Shown: positions 14,625 to 25,394 of the stretch, piece after piece
Layout of the letters: each line of letters begins with the position of its first letter
How positions within the stretch are numbered: position 1 is the first letter of the stretch
Source of the DNA: a virus
Length of the DNA: 64,000 nucleotides
Strand: one strand, 5' to 3'
IMG/VR virus record: IMGVR_UViG_3300030107_002828
Location: 4,851-68,850 of that record
Made by a program: the position numbers and the translations under genes
The notes under the pieces: model-generated
What the model was told of the DNA's origin: nothing
The model's database searches: none
What the model saw: only the letters and a program-made list of their open reading frames with translations

Positions 14625-14915
14625 AGTAGAGGTTAGCATGATTATCTAGGAAAAATTGAATAATATAGGGTAGAAATGTTAAAAAACTGTCAAAAACGCA
14701 AAAAAAAGCTGATTTTCCTGGAGAAAACGGAAAAAAAAGGGAGGGGGGACGCAATTGCTCTCTATACGTTAAGGTACCGGTACATTTGGGAGGAAGGTAC
14801 CTTTATATAACCGTCCTTATAATATTATACTACGTATAATATCTAGATAGGTATAATATATTATATAATATTACACACTATTTTTTTTATTTACCTAAAT
14901 ATAGCAGAAAAAATA
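14625..14915. other. non-coding strand-switch region; candidate genome end/packaging site or replication origin
   Basis: No ORF; A- and G-tracts; two GGTACC sites; overlapping AT palindromes at 14822-14871. Confidence 0.45.
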
Positions 14916-14919
14916 AAAT

Positions 14920-14951
14920 GTAAATTTCTTTAATTATATGTAAGTATATAT
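14920..14951 (+). promoter_or_regulatory. class II promoter motif heading the structural arm
   Basis: GTAA-N16-GTAAGTATA. Confidence 0.7.
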
Positions 14952-14982
14952 ACTGTACACTAATCAAGAAAAACAACTACAA

Positions 14983-15510
14983 ATGGCAATAATCTACACT
15001 TATCCCTCTGCAACTCCTTCAGCTGGAGATTACGTACTGGGAACTCAGTTTGATAATTCGATCAAAGAAAATGTAACTGTCCAGTTTAGTATTGCTAATA
15101 TAAATAGTTTAGCTACTCAAGGATATTTAGAAACAACGGTAACTGTTACCAATGCAGAATTAACAGCTTTACAAACTACAGACAAAACCTTAATTGCAGC
15201 ACCAGGCGCAAACAAAGCAATAAAAGTATTATCAATATCAGCATTCTTAGATTACACTGCACCAGCATTTACTTTTGCTAATGACATACTAGTTTCATTA
15301 AACTCAGTTACATTTGGCACAATTCCTTTAGCAATAGGTCAAGCAGTAGCTGATACAGTATACAGCGCAATTCCAGTAGCAGGAATACTTGCTACAAATA
15401 CAGCATTATTATTAACTACAGCAGGAGCTGTTGGAGGTGGTGGCGGTAGTGCGATGCAAGTAAAAATAAGATACCAAATACTAGATATATCTACAACATC
15501 TAGTTTTTAA
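14983..15510 (+). CDS. virion structural/fibre-associated protein
   Basis: Thr/Ala-rich; N-terminus MAIIYTYP shared with the next gene. Confidence 0.65.
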   Translation: MAIIYTYPSATPSAGDYVLGTQFDNSIKENVTVQFSIANINSLATQGYLETTVTVTNAELTALQTTDKTLIAAPGANKAIKVLSISAFLDYTAPAFTFANDILVSLNSVTFGTIPLAIGQAVADTVYSAIPVAGILATNTALLLTTAGAVGGGGGSAMQVKIRYQILDISTTSSF

Positions 15511-15523
15511 AAAAATTTAATTA

Positions 15524-16111
15524 ATGGCAATAATATACACTTATCCCACGGTATTTCCTGAGGCCAATGATATATTATTGGGAACTGAGAAAGATGCTAC
15601 GTTAAGAAATCCCACTAAGAACTTTTTAGTAAAAGATTTAGCAGCATATATAATTACATCATTTGGAGGGACAAGCTTAGATGTCCCTATATTTATTGAT
15701 GTAACAGATCCAAGTACAGGAATAACGACAACTGAATTAACTGATTCTATAATGTCACAGGATGCAAGTCCTGGAGGAACAACATTAACAGTAACGGGGA
15801 ATTTAGAAGTTACTGGTACATTAGAAGTCGATGCAGCATTACAAGATAGTACAGCTTCAACAGGAACTGCTAACCAACAATTAGTATCAACAGGCACTGC
15901 AACTCAATGGAAAACTCAAACAGGTATATTTCCAAATGTTTCAGCTCTTGTATGGACAATAACACATAACGGTGAATGGGGACCATATCCATCAGTCACT
16001 GTAATAAACAATAACGACGTCGTATTATATGGCGAAATAGAATATTTATCAACAACACAACTAACAATAACCTTTTCAGCCACGTTTGCTGGGACTGCTT
16101 ATTTAAATTAA
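15524..16111 (+). CDS. virion fibre-associated protein
   Basis: MAIIYTYP start; C-terminal WTITHN...YPSVTV...LTITFS...GTAYLN beta-sandwich typical of fibre proteins. Confidence 0.7.
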   Translation: MAIIYTYPTVFPEANDILLGTEKDATLRNPTKNFLVKDLAAYIITSFGGTSLDVPIFIDVTDPSTGITTTELTDSIMSQDASPGGTTLTVTGNLEVTGTLEVDAALQDSTASTGTANQQLVSTGTATQWKTQTGIFPNVSALVWTITHNGEWGPYPSVTVINNNDVVLYGEIEYLSTTQLTITFSATFAGTAYLN

Positions 16112-16118
16112 ACACAAA

Positions 16119-18785
16119 ATGGCAATAAATTTTTTAAATGATATTGATTTAAACCAGAATGAAGCATTTCATTTAGTTTTAGAAAATCAAGCAAACGACA
16201 CAGCGGCTGGAACACCAGTAGACGGCCAAATGTATTATGACACAGGAACCAATGCGGTAAAAGTTGGTGAAGGTGGTGTGTGGGTAGCATTAGCAGCTTC
16301 TTCAGGCGCAGGTTCAGTAACAAGTGTAGGTATAGACGTAGGAACAGGAATTAGCGTATCAATGAACTCTGGCTCTAATCCAATAACTGGTGCTGGCGAA
16401 TTCTTACTAACAAACACAGGTGTAACAAGCATCGTAGCTGGTTCAAACATAAGTATTAGTGGTGCAACAGGAGCTGTAACAATTAGTTCAACAGACACTA
16501 CATATAGTACAATGACCTCAACTACTTTAGGTTTAGGTAAATTATTTAGTGATACAGAACAAACAGAAACAGCTGAACCAGTAACCTCTACAACTGATAG
16601 AACTTATGGAATTCAAATGAATTCTTCGGATCAATTAGTGGTTAATGTTCCTTGGACAGATACAACTGGTGCAGTAACATCAGTAGATGAAAAAGCTGCA
16701 GGAACTTCAACTGGTACTCCAATAGTAGTAGATCCAACCACTGGAGCTGTTGAAGTACAATCAATGGCTTACGCAGGTACAACAAATGTAGGTCACGTAC
16801 CAACTGGTGGTGGCGCAACAACCTTCTTACGTGGAGACGGAACATGGGTTACTCCTACAGATACAGATACAGGTGTAACTGGTGTAACATTAGCTACAGG
16901 AACTTCAGTTGGTGCTCCATTAACAGAAAGTATAGCAACAAGAGAATTAACTTTAACCTCTATGGCTTATGATGGTGGAACTAATATAGGTTATGTTCCA
17001 ACAGGTGGTTCAGGTTCTACGTTTTTACGTGGTGATGGTACTTGGGTAACACCTACTAATACAAACCATACTTATTCATTAAGTGTAGGTGCTGTATCTT
17101 CAAACGAAAGCACATTAACATTAGTTGGTGCTGGAGGTGGTAGTGATAGTACTGCTAAATTCTCAGGTACTACTAATGAAATTGAAATTACAACTCCTTC
17201 TACAGGGGACGGTGGTGATGTTACAATAGGTTTACCTGCGGCTGTAACAATAGCAACTTCTTTAGCTATTTCAGGTTCAGGAGCTGCTGCGTTAGATATT
17301 AGTGCAGGTAAAGCACAAACCGCTGCTACAGCTGCATCGGATCCAGATGCTACACTAACAACAAAGGGTTATGTTGATGGATTAGTTTCAGGTGGTTTAA
17401 ATTTTAAAGGAACATTTAGAGCTGATACTGGTTTAATTCTTGGTGGTGGTTCAACATATATATACCAATTAACAGGTAGTGCATTTGATCCATCTGCAAC
17501 AAGGGTTGAAGTAGAAGTTGGAGATTACTATGTTGTAGCAACAGCCGGTGGAGATTTCTACGGTGATGGTGGAACAGGTACTTGTTCTCCTACACGACCA
17601 TTAACAGTTGGTGATTCAATAATCGGTCTTACCGCTGCTAGTGCAACAGCATCTACATGTGCTAACTGGTCAATAGTAGAATCTAACGAAGGTGTTACTA
17701 CATTTACAAATACTAATGGAACATATGTTTCTGCTAGTACTGTAAACAGTGGTGCAACTGGAGCAGTTACAGTAGGTACAATAGATTTATCTGCGGTAGA
17801 TGGTACAGCAACTAACACAGTAAGATTTTTAGATAAAAATAATAAATGGTCTGTTCCAGCATATACAACTAACACTGATGAAACATATGATCTTAATGTA
17901 TCAGATGATGGAGATAATGTAGATTTAAATCTTACTTCTACTTCTGGAACTGATAATTCAACTGTACAACTTACAGCTGGTACTGGTATTACATTAACAC
18001 CAACAGGTTCAACTGAAGTAACAATAGCAACAACTGGTTTAGATAACTATCAATATTGGACATTAGCTGGTGATTCAGGAAGTGGTCAAGAAATTGCTAG
18101 TACTAACACAGCTACATTTGCGGGTGGTACAAAAATTACAACCGCAGATTCAGCGACAGATACTTTAACAATTTCGCATGCTACGCAATCACAAACTAAT
18201 ACAACACCAAGTTCTACATTAACAAGTGGAGGTACGTTTACGGCGCTTTCAGCTAATGTAACTGTAGATAGTACAGGTCACGTTACAGGACAAGCTCTTG
18301 AAACTTACACCTTACCAACTTCTGATAATTATAGTTCATGGACATTGGCTGGTGATTCGGGTACTCCTCAAAGTATAGGAAGTACCGATACTGCTACTAT
18401 AGCAGGTGGAACAGGTATTAGTACGGTAGCAGGTTCTACAGATACTGTAACAGTAAGTCTTGACAGTGGTTCAACAGGTGCTTGGTCTGGTAATTTAAGT
18501 GGATCAACATCAGGTATTAGTAATGGAACTCCAGGATCTGGTGGTTATACAACATTTACTCTTACAACTGCTACATTGTTTGGAACAACAACAGATTCTA
18601 GACAAGTATTAGTAGAAGTAATGCAGATTGCTGATAATGATCCAAGCGCAAGTACACCAGCATATAGTACAGTTTATCCATCAGTAGCAAGAGCTGCTGC
18701 AACAACAATAGAAATTAAATTTAAAGGTACTATTGCAGATGATAAATATTACGCAATATTATCACATGCTGGAAATAATTCATAA
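16119..18785 (+). CDS. tail/capsid fibre protein (888 aa)
   Basis: Gly/Thr-rich; GQMYYDT; duplicated VPTGG...TFLRGDGTWVTPT and WTLAGDSG; ATLTTKGYVD. Confidence 0.85.
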   Translation: MAINFLNDIDLNQNEAFHLVLENQANDTAAGTPVDGQMYYDTGTNAVKVGEGGVWVALAASSGAGSVTSVGIDVGTGISVSMNSGSNPITGAGEFLLTNTGVTSIVAGSNISISGATGAVTISSTDTTYSTMTSTTLGLGKLFSDTEQTETAEPVTSTTDRTYGIQMNSSDQLVVNVPWTDTTGAVTSVDEKAAGTSTGTPIVVDPTTGAVEVQSMAYAGTTNVGHVPTGGGATTFLRGDGTWVTPTDTDTGVTGVTLATGTSVGAPLTESIATRELTLTSMAYDGGTNIGYVPTGGSGSTFLRGDGTWVTPTNTNHTYSLSVGAVSSNESTLTLVGAGGGSDSTAKFSGTTNEIEITTPSTGDGGDVTIGLPAAVTIATSLAISGSGAAALDISAGKAQTAATAASDPDATLTTKGYVDGLVSGGLNFKGTFRADTGLILGGGSTYIYQLTGSAFDPSATRVEVEVGDYYVVATAGGDFYGDGGTGTCSPTRPLTVGDSIIGLTAASATASTCANWSIVESNEGVTTFTNTNGTYVSASTVNSGATGAVTVGTIDLSAVDGTATNTVRFLDKNNKWSVPAYTTNTDETYDLNVSDDGDNVDLNLTSTSGTDNSTVQLTAGTGITLTPTGSTEVTIATTGLDNYQYWTLAGDSGSGQEIASTNTATFAGGTKITTADSATDTLTISHATQSQTNTTPSSTLTSGGTFTALSANVTVDSTGHVTGQALETYTLPTSDNYSSWTLAGDSGTPQSIGSTDTATIAGGTGISTVAGSTDTVTVSLDSGSTGAWSGNLSGSTSGISNGTPGSGGYTTFTLTTATLFGTTTDSRQVLVEVMQIADNDPSASTPAYSTVYPSVARAAATTIEIKFKGTIADDKYYAILSHAGNNS

Positions 18786-18806
18786 TTAATCCAATAAAAT
18801 TTAGCT

Positions 18807-20540
18807 ATGGCTATTAATCTTTTAGTTGACGGGCAAGTCCTAGGTGATTTATATATTGAAGGTGACAGTACGCCTAAGCTTGTAATAACAGATACTACAA
18901 ATACTTTAGTAGGTAGAATTAGAGTTGGAAATACCGCGATGTATATAGACGCTGATTCAGGAGCAGGAGTATCAAATACATCAATGCAATTCCAAATAGA
19001 TGATGTAACAAAACTACAACTTACAGAAAGTATTAGTAGATTTTCAGCTCAAAATGTATCTATAAGAAGAGATGATACAGTACCAGTTCTTAATTTTGAA
19101 AGAAATGATGCTACTATAGTTGCTGGTAATGATTTAGGACAACTGATATTTAAAGGTGCAGATCCAAGTAGTTATAATGAAGGAGGAAGAATATCAGCAG
19201 AAGCTGATGGTGCATGGGATACAGATGTTTATCCAACTAGATTTAAATTTGACGTAAAAGCAACTGATACACTACAAACTGCACTAAGAATAAACTCTGA
19301 TGCAGAAATAAATTTTAGTCAATATGGTAGTGGAACTTTTACAGGAACTGCCGCTTATAATTTACAAATAGATTCTAGTGGTAATATTATAGAAAGCACG
19401 GCTGATGCGGGTGGTTCAGTAACAAGTGTAACAGGTACTACGCCGATAGTAAGTTCTGGAGGTACTACTCCTGCAATAAGTATAAATAACGCAACTGGTA
19501 CTACAGTAGGAGCAGCTGCAATAGATGCAGGTACTGGTATAAGCGTATCTGATAGTTCAGGAGTTTATACAATTACTAATACAGGTGTTACAAGTATAGT
19601 AGCTGGTACAGGAATTTCTGTAAGTGGTGCTACAGGCGCTGTTACAGTAACAAATTCATCACCTGCTACAATAGATGGTAGTGGTGCTGCAAATCAAGTA
19701 GCATATTGGTCAGATAGTGATACATTAACAGGTAGTAATGATTTAACTTATAATGGTACTACTTTAGCACTAGCAGGAGATAATGAAGTTTTACAAATAG
19801 GAACGGGTGGAACAGGAACAACTAGTTTATATGCATGGACAGGAGATACTTTTTATATTCAAAACGATAGCGCTGGTGGTACTGTTCAAGTAGACACTGA
19901 CTCTTTTGTTGTTAAAAACCATGGTGCTAGTGAAAATATAATAATAGGTAATGCAGATGGAGCTGTTAAACTGTATTATAATGCTTCTAATAAACTTGAG
20001 ACAACTAATACAGGGATTGATATAAGTGGAGGATTTACTACTAGTGCTTCTTCAGATTGTGCTGGTTTAAATATGACCGCAGATCTTGCAATGAATGGCA
20101 ATATATTGACATTAGATAGTGATGGAAATATTGAACTTGATTGTGCTTTAAGTGCATCTCAAAGTTCAGGAACTATTATTAAATTTGGTGGTCAAATGAG
20201 TGGTTTAACATATGGTAGACCAGCTTATTTATATAATTCAGGTGCTAGTGAGTTATGGGCTCATGTTAGTAACGTAAATTGGTCTAATGTTACAAAAATG
20301 CTAGCAATACCATTAGGAACTACAGCTTCATCTGATGGAATGTTATTAAATGGGATTTATTATAGCGCCACACACGGATTAACTCCAGGTGCACCAGCAT
20401 ATATAGGGGATAATACTTTAGGTTCATTATCAAATACAGCTCCAAGTGGAAGCGGTGATGTTGTAAGAGTAGTAGGATATGCTATAGATGAAAATCATAT
20501 ATACTTTTGTCCAGATAATACTTGGGTTGAAATTGATTAA
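18807..20540 (+). CDS. fibre protein (577 aa)
   Basis: VTSVTGTTPIVSSGGTTPAIS; TNTGVTSIVAG repeat shared with the upstream fibre; AVKLYYNASNKLETT. Confidence 0.8.
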   Translation: MAINLLVDGQVLGDLYIEGDSTPKLVITDTTNTLVGRIRVGNTAMYIDADSGAGVSNTSMQFQIDDVTKLQLTESISRFSAQNVSIRRDDTVPVLNFERNDATIVAGNDLGQLIFKGADPSSYNEGGRISAEADGAWDTDVYPTRFKFDVKATDTLQTALRINSDAEINFSQYGSGTFTGTAAYNLQIDSSGNIIESTADAGGSVTSVTGTTPIVSSGGTTPAISINNATGTTVGAAAIDAGTGISVSDSSGVYTITNTGVTSIVAGTGISVSGATGAVTVTNSSPATIDGSGAANQVAYWSDSDTLTGSNDLTYNGTTLALAGDNEVLQIGTGGTGTTSLYAWTGDTFYIQNDSAGGTVQVDTDSFVVKNHGASENIIIGNADGAVKLYYNASNKLETTNTGIDISGGFTTSASSDCAGLNMTADLAMNGNILTLDSDGNIELDCALSASQSSGTIIKFGGQMSGLTYGRPAYLYNSGASELWAHVSNVNWSNVTKMLAIPLGTTASSDGMLLNGIYYSATHGLTPGAPAYIGDNTLGSLSNTAPSGSGDVVRVVGYAIDENHIYFCPDNTWVEID

Positions 20541-20550
20541 AATATAAGTT

Positions 20551-21261
20551 ATGCCAAAAATAGATGCGGGAAAATACGGGTATATTGGTTCAGCTAATTA
20601 CACTAACTTTACTACCTCAAGAGAAACTGGGGCATCTGCTACAAATCAACCAGTAAGTGCTAATACAAAAGTGGCAGAGTTTCATACAAATGCAGGAAAA
20701 GGTTCTAGAACATGGAGATTTTTTAGATTTTTCTGTGCATTTGATACATCGAGTTATTCTAGTGGATATACTATATCAAATTTAACATTTAATTGGAGAA
20801 GAACAGCAAGCACTGATTGTAGCCCTACTATATGTTTTCCTACTTTTATAGTTGTTAAATCTACTGCACAAGGAGATGCAGACACTGATTTAGCAGTTAG
20901 TGATTATTATTCAAGTGTAGTGTATAGTACAGCTTATAGTAGTAGTGTTAATTTATCTCTATCAGCTGGTGATCAATCAATTAGTTTAAATTCAACAGCA
21001 GTAACTGATTTTGGTACAGGTTTATTAAAAGTAGTTATGGTACAATACGGTAATGATTATAGTGATACTACTAGTACATCAAACATGCAACAAGAAGCAT
21101 ATGCTAATTTTGCTGCAGGAAGTTCTGGCTATGTACCTTTTATAGAATTTGACGCTGTAGCTAGTGGATACCCTAATAATGTAAACGGTGTAGATAATTC
21201 AAATATTGAAAAAGTAATAACTGTAGCTTCAGCAGATATAGAAGAAATTATAGGAGTATAG
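20551..21261 (+). CDS. putative receptor-binding/fibre tip protein
   Basis: Ser/Thr-rich beta protein with C-terminal NVNGV...IEKV...IIGV repeat. Confidence 0.55.
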   Translation: MPKIDAGKYGYIGSANYTNFTTSRETGASATNQPVSANTKVAEFHTNAGKGSRTWRFFRFFCAFDTSSYSSGYTISNLTFNWRRTASTDCSPTICFPTFIVVKSTAQGDADTDLAVSDYYSSVVYSTAYSSSVNLSLSAGDQSISLNSTAVTDFGTGLLKVVMVQYGNDYSDTTSTSNMQQEAYANFAAGSSGYVPFIEFDAVASGYPNNVNGVDNSNIEKVITVASADIEEIIGV

Positions 21262-21292
21262 TAAAAAAACTCCTAAATAAGTAATAATTAAT
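21261..21292 (+). promoter_or_regulatory. class II promoter motif
   Basis: GTAA-N16-GTAATAATTA upstream of the chaperonin cluster. Confidence 0.65.
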
Positions 21293-21296
21293 ATAC

Positions 21297-21336
21297 GGTA
21301 TAAAAGATATTTTTTGGTTTACCTATCTTTTATATC
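21297..21336 (+). promoter_or_regulatory. 5' leader hairpin
   Basis: TATAAAAGATA / TATCTTTTATA inverted repeat just after the promoter motif. Confidence 0.45.
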
Positions 21337-21378
21337 TGAAACGAACGCGTAAACCGCAAATTTTAAAATAACAAAAAA

Positions 21379-21813
21379 ATGAAATTAGTAAACATTTTAA
21401 TCGGTGGTGTAAACAGACCGGTACCCGTTGATGATGTAGTTTTAGTTGCCGCAACTGGACAAACTGGTGGTGGTGGAGCTGCAACTGTAGCAATCACTTA
21501 TGCTAGTGGTAAAGTAGCTACTTTAACTACTTCTGCGGACAATGATGAAAACTTTGCAGTAGCTGACGAAGCTTCATATGAAAAAGGATTTTGGCAAATG
21601 ATTGCAGACGCAGCGTCTCAACCTTGGAACCAAATATGGTACAAAGGAGAAGATTATGTATGGACTGCTCAAGTTTATCCAGATCCTCAAAGTTCTGAAT
21701 ACACAAAAACACCAGTGAACAATTCTGTATTACAAGGTAAAACAGCTTCTTCACTTAAAGATCAACAAGTTCCTGGAGTAAATATTACATGGGCTAGTAT
21801 AGCTTATAGCTAG
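21379..21813 (+). CDS. hypothetical (probably structural) protein
   Basis: 144-aa ORF with A-rich initiation region. Confidence 0.75.
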   Translation: MKLVNILIGGVNRPVPVDDVVLVAATGQTGGGGAATVAITYASGKVATLTTSADNDENFAVADEASYEKGFWQMIADAASQPWNQIWYKGEDYVWTAQVYPDPQSSEYTKTPVNNSVLQGKTASSLKDQQVPGVNITWASIAYS

Positions 21814-21845
21814 AGAATTTTTATTAACCTTTAAAACCAAAACCA

Positions 21846-22136
21846 ATGACGTTTTATTATCAGACTAAGACGTGGAATAGTCAACCACAATTAACCGAAG
21901 AAACTATTAACTTATGGAAACATCTTGCAGATAAATCAAACTGGAGGATAGTTCAATTAGCTAACGGTTTCTATCAAACCGAGTACCATAGTCCTGAAAA
22001 GGAAGATACTTGGATCGACGTAACCCGAAGAGAAACTATTGAAGGTGCAGAAGCAGCTATTGATGGATCAGTAGAGCATTATGCAAAGAAAGTAGATTTC
22101 TTAAAAGGGCCAAAAGTCGTGAAAACCTTTAAATAA
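21846..22136 (+). CDS. hypothetical protein
   Basis: 96-aa ORF upstream of groEL. Confidence 0.75.
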   Translation: MTFYYQTKTWNSQPQLTEETINLWKHLADKSNWRIVQLANGFYQTEYHSPEKEDTWIDVTRRETIEGAEAAIDGSVEHYAKKVDFLKGPKVVKTFK

Positions 22137-22154
22137 ATTAAATACAATTAAATT

Positions 22155-23708
22155 ATGTCCGATAAACTTGTGAAACATCTTAACTTCGGTCAAGATGCAA
22201 AAGATCAAATATTTAAAGGGATAAATAAACTCACTAAAGCTGTTAGCTCCACATTAGGAGCTAGCGGCAAGTGTGTTATCCTGGAAGATGATCAAGGAAA
22301 ACCCATTATAACCAAAGATGGTGTAACGGTTGCAAACTCAGTAGTATTGTTCGATGCTGTTGAAAACATGGGTGCAACATTACTAAAAGAAGCTGCCAGA
22401 AAAACTGTTGAAGAAGCAGGAGATGGCACAACTACAGCTACAGTATTAGCTCAAGCAATATTAACAGAAGCTGTAAAAGAAAATATTAATACTAGAGATT
22501 TAAAAGAAGGTATTAATTCAGGTGTTAAAAAAGTTGTAAATTATTTAGACAATATTAAAATAGATGTTACAGGTGACATGATTAATCAAGTCGCTACTAT
22601 ATCTTCAAATAATGACAAAGAATTAGGGGAACTAATTGGAGGAGCATTTAAAAGTGTAGATAAAACAGGTATTGTAATAATGGAAGAATCTAAAGATTTA
22701 AATTCTTCTGTTGAAATAATTGATGGTATGCAGTATGATAAACCTTTAAAAAGTTTACATTTTGCTACAGATAAAAACAAAGAAATTGCTGAATTAAAAA
22801 ATCCTTCGGTTCTAATAGTTGAATCTAAAATTGAAAACATACGTAAAATACAAGGTATTTTAGAGCATGTTATAAAAACAAATGAATCTTTATTTATTAT
22901 AGCAGATGTAGAACCTCAAGTTCTCGCTGCATTAGCAATGAATAAGATGAAGGGTAATATAAAAGTGTGTATTGTAGATGCTCCAACTTATGGATTCACA
23001 AAAAAAGAAAAATTAAATGATTTAGCTTTAATGACTGGAGCTACAGTTATTAATGAAGATTTAGGTGATGATATGGATTTAATACATCCTCAACATTTAG
23101 GAAAAGCTAAAAAAATAACTAGTAATAAAGAAAATACTATAATACAAGTTAAAGAAACTCCAGAAGCTGTAAAGGATTTGATTGAAGAAATTCAACAAAA
23201 ACAAGCAAAAGAAAAAATTCCTGGATATAAACTAGCATATGAAAAAAGACTATCGTTATTAGCTGCTAAAGTAGCCGTCGTCAAAGTAGGTGCTAACTCT
23301 GAAATTGAATTAAAAGAGAAGAGTGATAGAGTCGAAGATGCAATTTGTGCTACAAAAGCCGCAATAAAAGAAGGTATAGTTCCCGGTGGTGGTGTTGCTT
23401 TACTTAACGCTGCGTTTAATAATGATGAAGATAATATGGGGGAAAAAATATTAATGAGAGCAATATTAGCCCCTTATAAAAAAATATTAGATAACGCTGG
23501 TATTGAGAAAATTACAATGCCTGAAAAAAACGGGTTTGGTATTAATGTGGTTACAGGAAATATGGTAAATATGATTGACAGTGGAATTATAGACCCACTA
23601 TTAGTCACAAAAAGTGCGTTACTAAATGCGGCTTCTGTAGCGACAACTATCTTATCAACTGATTGTATAATAAATAATATTAGAATTCATGAGGGCGATA
23701 GGAAATAA
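22155..23708 (+). CDS. groEL: chaperonin GroEL (phage-encoded)
   Basis: [34 protein letters not shown]; no GGM tail. Confidence 0.97.
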   Translation: MSDKLVKHLNFGQDAKDQIFKGINKLTKAVSSTLGASGKCVILEDDQGKPIITKDGVTVANSVVLFDAVENMGATLLKEAARKTVEEAGDGTTTATVLAQAILTEAVKENINTRDLKEGINSGVKKVVNYLDNIKIDVTGDMINQVATISSNNDKELGELIGGAFKSVDKTGIVIMEESKDLNSSVEIIDGMQYDKPLKSLHFATDKNKEIAELKNPSVLIVESKIENIRKIQGILEHVIKTNESLFIIADVEPQVLAALAMNKMKGNIKVCIVDAPTYGFTKKEKLNDLALMTGATVINEDLGDDMDLIHPQHLGKAKKITSNKENTIIQVKETPEAVKDLIEEIQQKQAKEKIPGYKLAYEKRLSLLAAKVAVVKVGANSEIELKEKSDRVEDAICATKAAIKEGIVPGGGVALLNAAFNNDEDNMGEKILMRAILAPYKKILDNAGIEKITMPEKNGFGINVVTGNMVNMIDSGIIDPLLVTKSALLNAASVATTILSTDCIINNIRIHEGDRK

Positions 23709-23949
23709 CTTAATTATAAAAAAAATAGAAGAATCTAATCAAAAAACTAAAGGTGGATTAATACTAACAGAAAAACAAAGAGAAGATGTTAGATTTCAAT
23801 TAGCTAAAGTTATAAAAGTAGGTGATTCAGTAGTAGCTGTTAAAGAAAATGATATAATTTATTTTGATAAAGCTGCTGCTCATAGAATAGAAATAGAAAA
23901 AGAACCATATAACGTCATCAGACAAGAAAATGTGGTCGTTGTTTTATGA
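23689..23949 (+). CDS. groES: co-chaperonin GroES
   Basis: Mobile loop KTKGGLIL; VIKVGD; VKENDIIYF; overlaps the groEL end. Confidence 0.92.
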   Translation: MRAIGNNLIIKKIEESNQKTKGGLILTEKQREDVRFQLAKVIKVGDSVVAVKENDIIYFDKAAAHRIEIEKEPYNVIRQENVVVVL

Positions 23950-24389
23950 AAAAGCTAGAAGCATCAGATTTAAAAGATCTGAAATTGCTGCAACATTACC
24001 GTATAATACGCAAATGGGCTTGTAAAAACAACGGCTTAACTGATGCCGAATTAGAGTTAATTATTTATTTAGATTGTATAGATTTATTTACTATTAAAGA
24101 TTTTAAATTAGGAGTTTATACTTTTAGTTGGAATAATAGAAGATGGAATAAATTAATACAAGAAAATTGGATTGAAGTTTGGAGACATAGAAATAGAACC
24201 ACACAAAAATTCAATATATATAAAATATCATTTAAAGGTAAACAACTTATTAGTAGAATATATAGAATTATGCTAGGATTGGATAATATACCTACAAGTG
24301 AAAGAAGAAATAAACTAATAGCAGGAAATACTTATACAGATAAAGTTATGTCTCATGCTATTTATCATGCAAATAAAAACACTAGATGA
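23946..24389 (+). CDS. hypothetical protein, possible winged-helix DNA-binding protein
   Basis: GLTDAELELIIYL...YKISFKGKQL resembles a MarR-like wHTH. Confidence 0.55.
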   Translation: MKKLEASDLKDLKLLQHYRIIRKWACKNNGLTDAELELIIYLDCIDLFTIKDFKLGVYTFSWNNRRWNKLIQENWIEVWRHRNRTTQKFNIYKISFKGKQLISRIYRIMLGLDNIPTSERRNKLIAGNTYTDKVMSHAIYHANKNTR

Positions 24390-25135
24390 TTAATCCCGTA
24401 ACTGATCCACTTGATACCTCCTCATTAACGCTTATGTCTGAGCCATTAGAGGAAGCTGCTACAAATGTAAGTGATGATATTAATCAAGCTTTTCATCATG
24501 AATCATCTATTGCTGGTTCTGAGTCAGATGATGATGATGATGATGGAGTTGAAGGATCTAGTACTGAGAAAGAGTTTAAATTTAAACCTTGGATGGAGCA
24601 GTATAAACATTATAGCGCTAATAAATTACAATTAGAATATAATAAAAAATACAAAAATGCTGGAACCCACTGGCTTTGGGGTAATAGAGATAAAGACAGA
24701 GCTCAAGATGTATTAGATTTAATAGCACATAAAAGAGCAGAGTCAAACGAATCTTATCGTAGAAGACATGCTCAATCTGTAATTGCGGGAAACAATCCAT
24801 TTGCTAATCCATCATATAGAGATTTAAGCGGATTATCTAAAGGACCTGCTGAGTTAAAACCTGGCGAACAATATAAACATTTTGGTCAAGGTGCTCCAGG
24901 AATAGGAGGAGGCGCAGCGAGTAGTGGAAGTGGAGAATATCATGCTGACACTGGTTTTAGAGATAGTGAGTACTATACAGGTAGAGAAAGTGTAGGAGGA
25001 GGATTTGATTTTGGTGCTCAAAAAGCAGCTTCTAATATGTATGGAGATTACATGGGAAATTCTAACTTTGGAAGACAGGTAGGAAGCGGACAATCTGTTC
25101 TAGACAACTTATATGCGAATATGTCTCGTATTTAA
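24386..25135 (+). CDS. low-complexity hypothetical protein
   Basis: Poly-Asp tract and Gly-rich C-terminus. Confidence 0.7.
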   Translation: MINPVTDPLDTSSLTLMSEPLEEAATNVSDDINQAFHHESSIAGSESDDDDDDGVEGSSTEKEFKFKPWMEQYKHYSANKLQLEYNKKYKNAGTHWLWGNRDKDRAQDVLDLIAHKRAESNESYRRRHAQSVIAGNNPFANPSYRDLSGLSKGPAELKPGEQYKHFGQGAPGIGGGAASSGSGEYHADTGFRDSEYYTGRESVGGGFDFGAQKAASNMYGDYMGNSNFGRQVGSGQSVLDNLYANMSRI

Positions 25136-25164
25136 AATATTTATAAACAACTTAATAAACAATT

Positions 25165-25392
25165 ATGAAAAAATCACCACTTAAAATGCTTGAAGACAAG
25201 TCACATACTAGAGCTTCTAAAAATAATTCAGTTGGTATAGTAGGTGAATCTCAAATATGGGATGGTCCTTTAAATCAAGCAGGAAGACCACATGGTCCAG
25301 GAAGTAGTTCTGGAATACATGGGATGAGATTAAAATTAGATGGAGTTCCTTATAAAGGTGGTCCAATTACACAAATAGCAAAAGGAAGATAA
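25165..25392 (+). CDS. small protein with SPL N-terminal motif
   Basis: MKKSPLKM. Confidence 0.7.
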   Translation: MKKSPLKMLEDKSHTRASKNNSVGIVGESQIWDGPLNQAGRPHGPGSSSGIHGMRLKLDGVPYKGGPITQIAKGR

Positions 25393-25394
25393 TC

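Noticed and set aside
14781-14788. TACATTTG as a Bacteroidota -7 promoter
   Set aside because: Single match; the nearest upstream TTG is about 23 nt away, and such matches are expected by chance.
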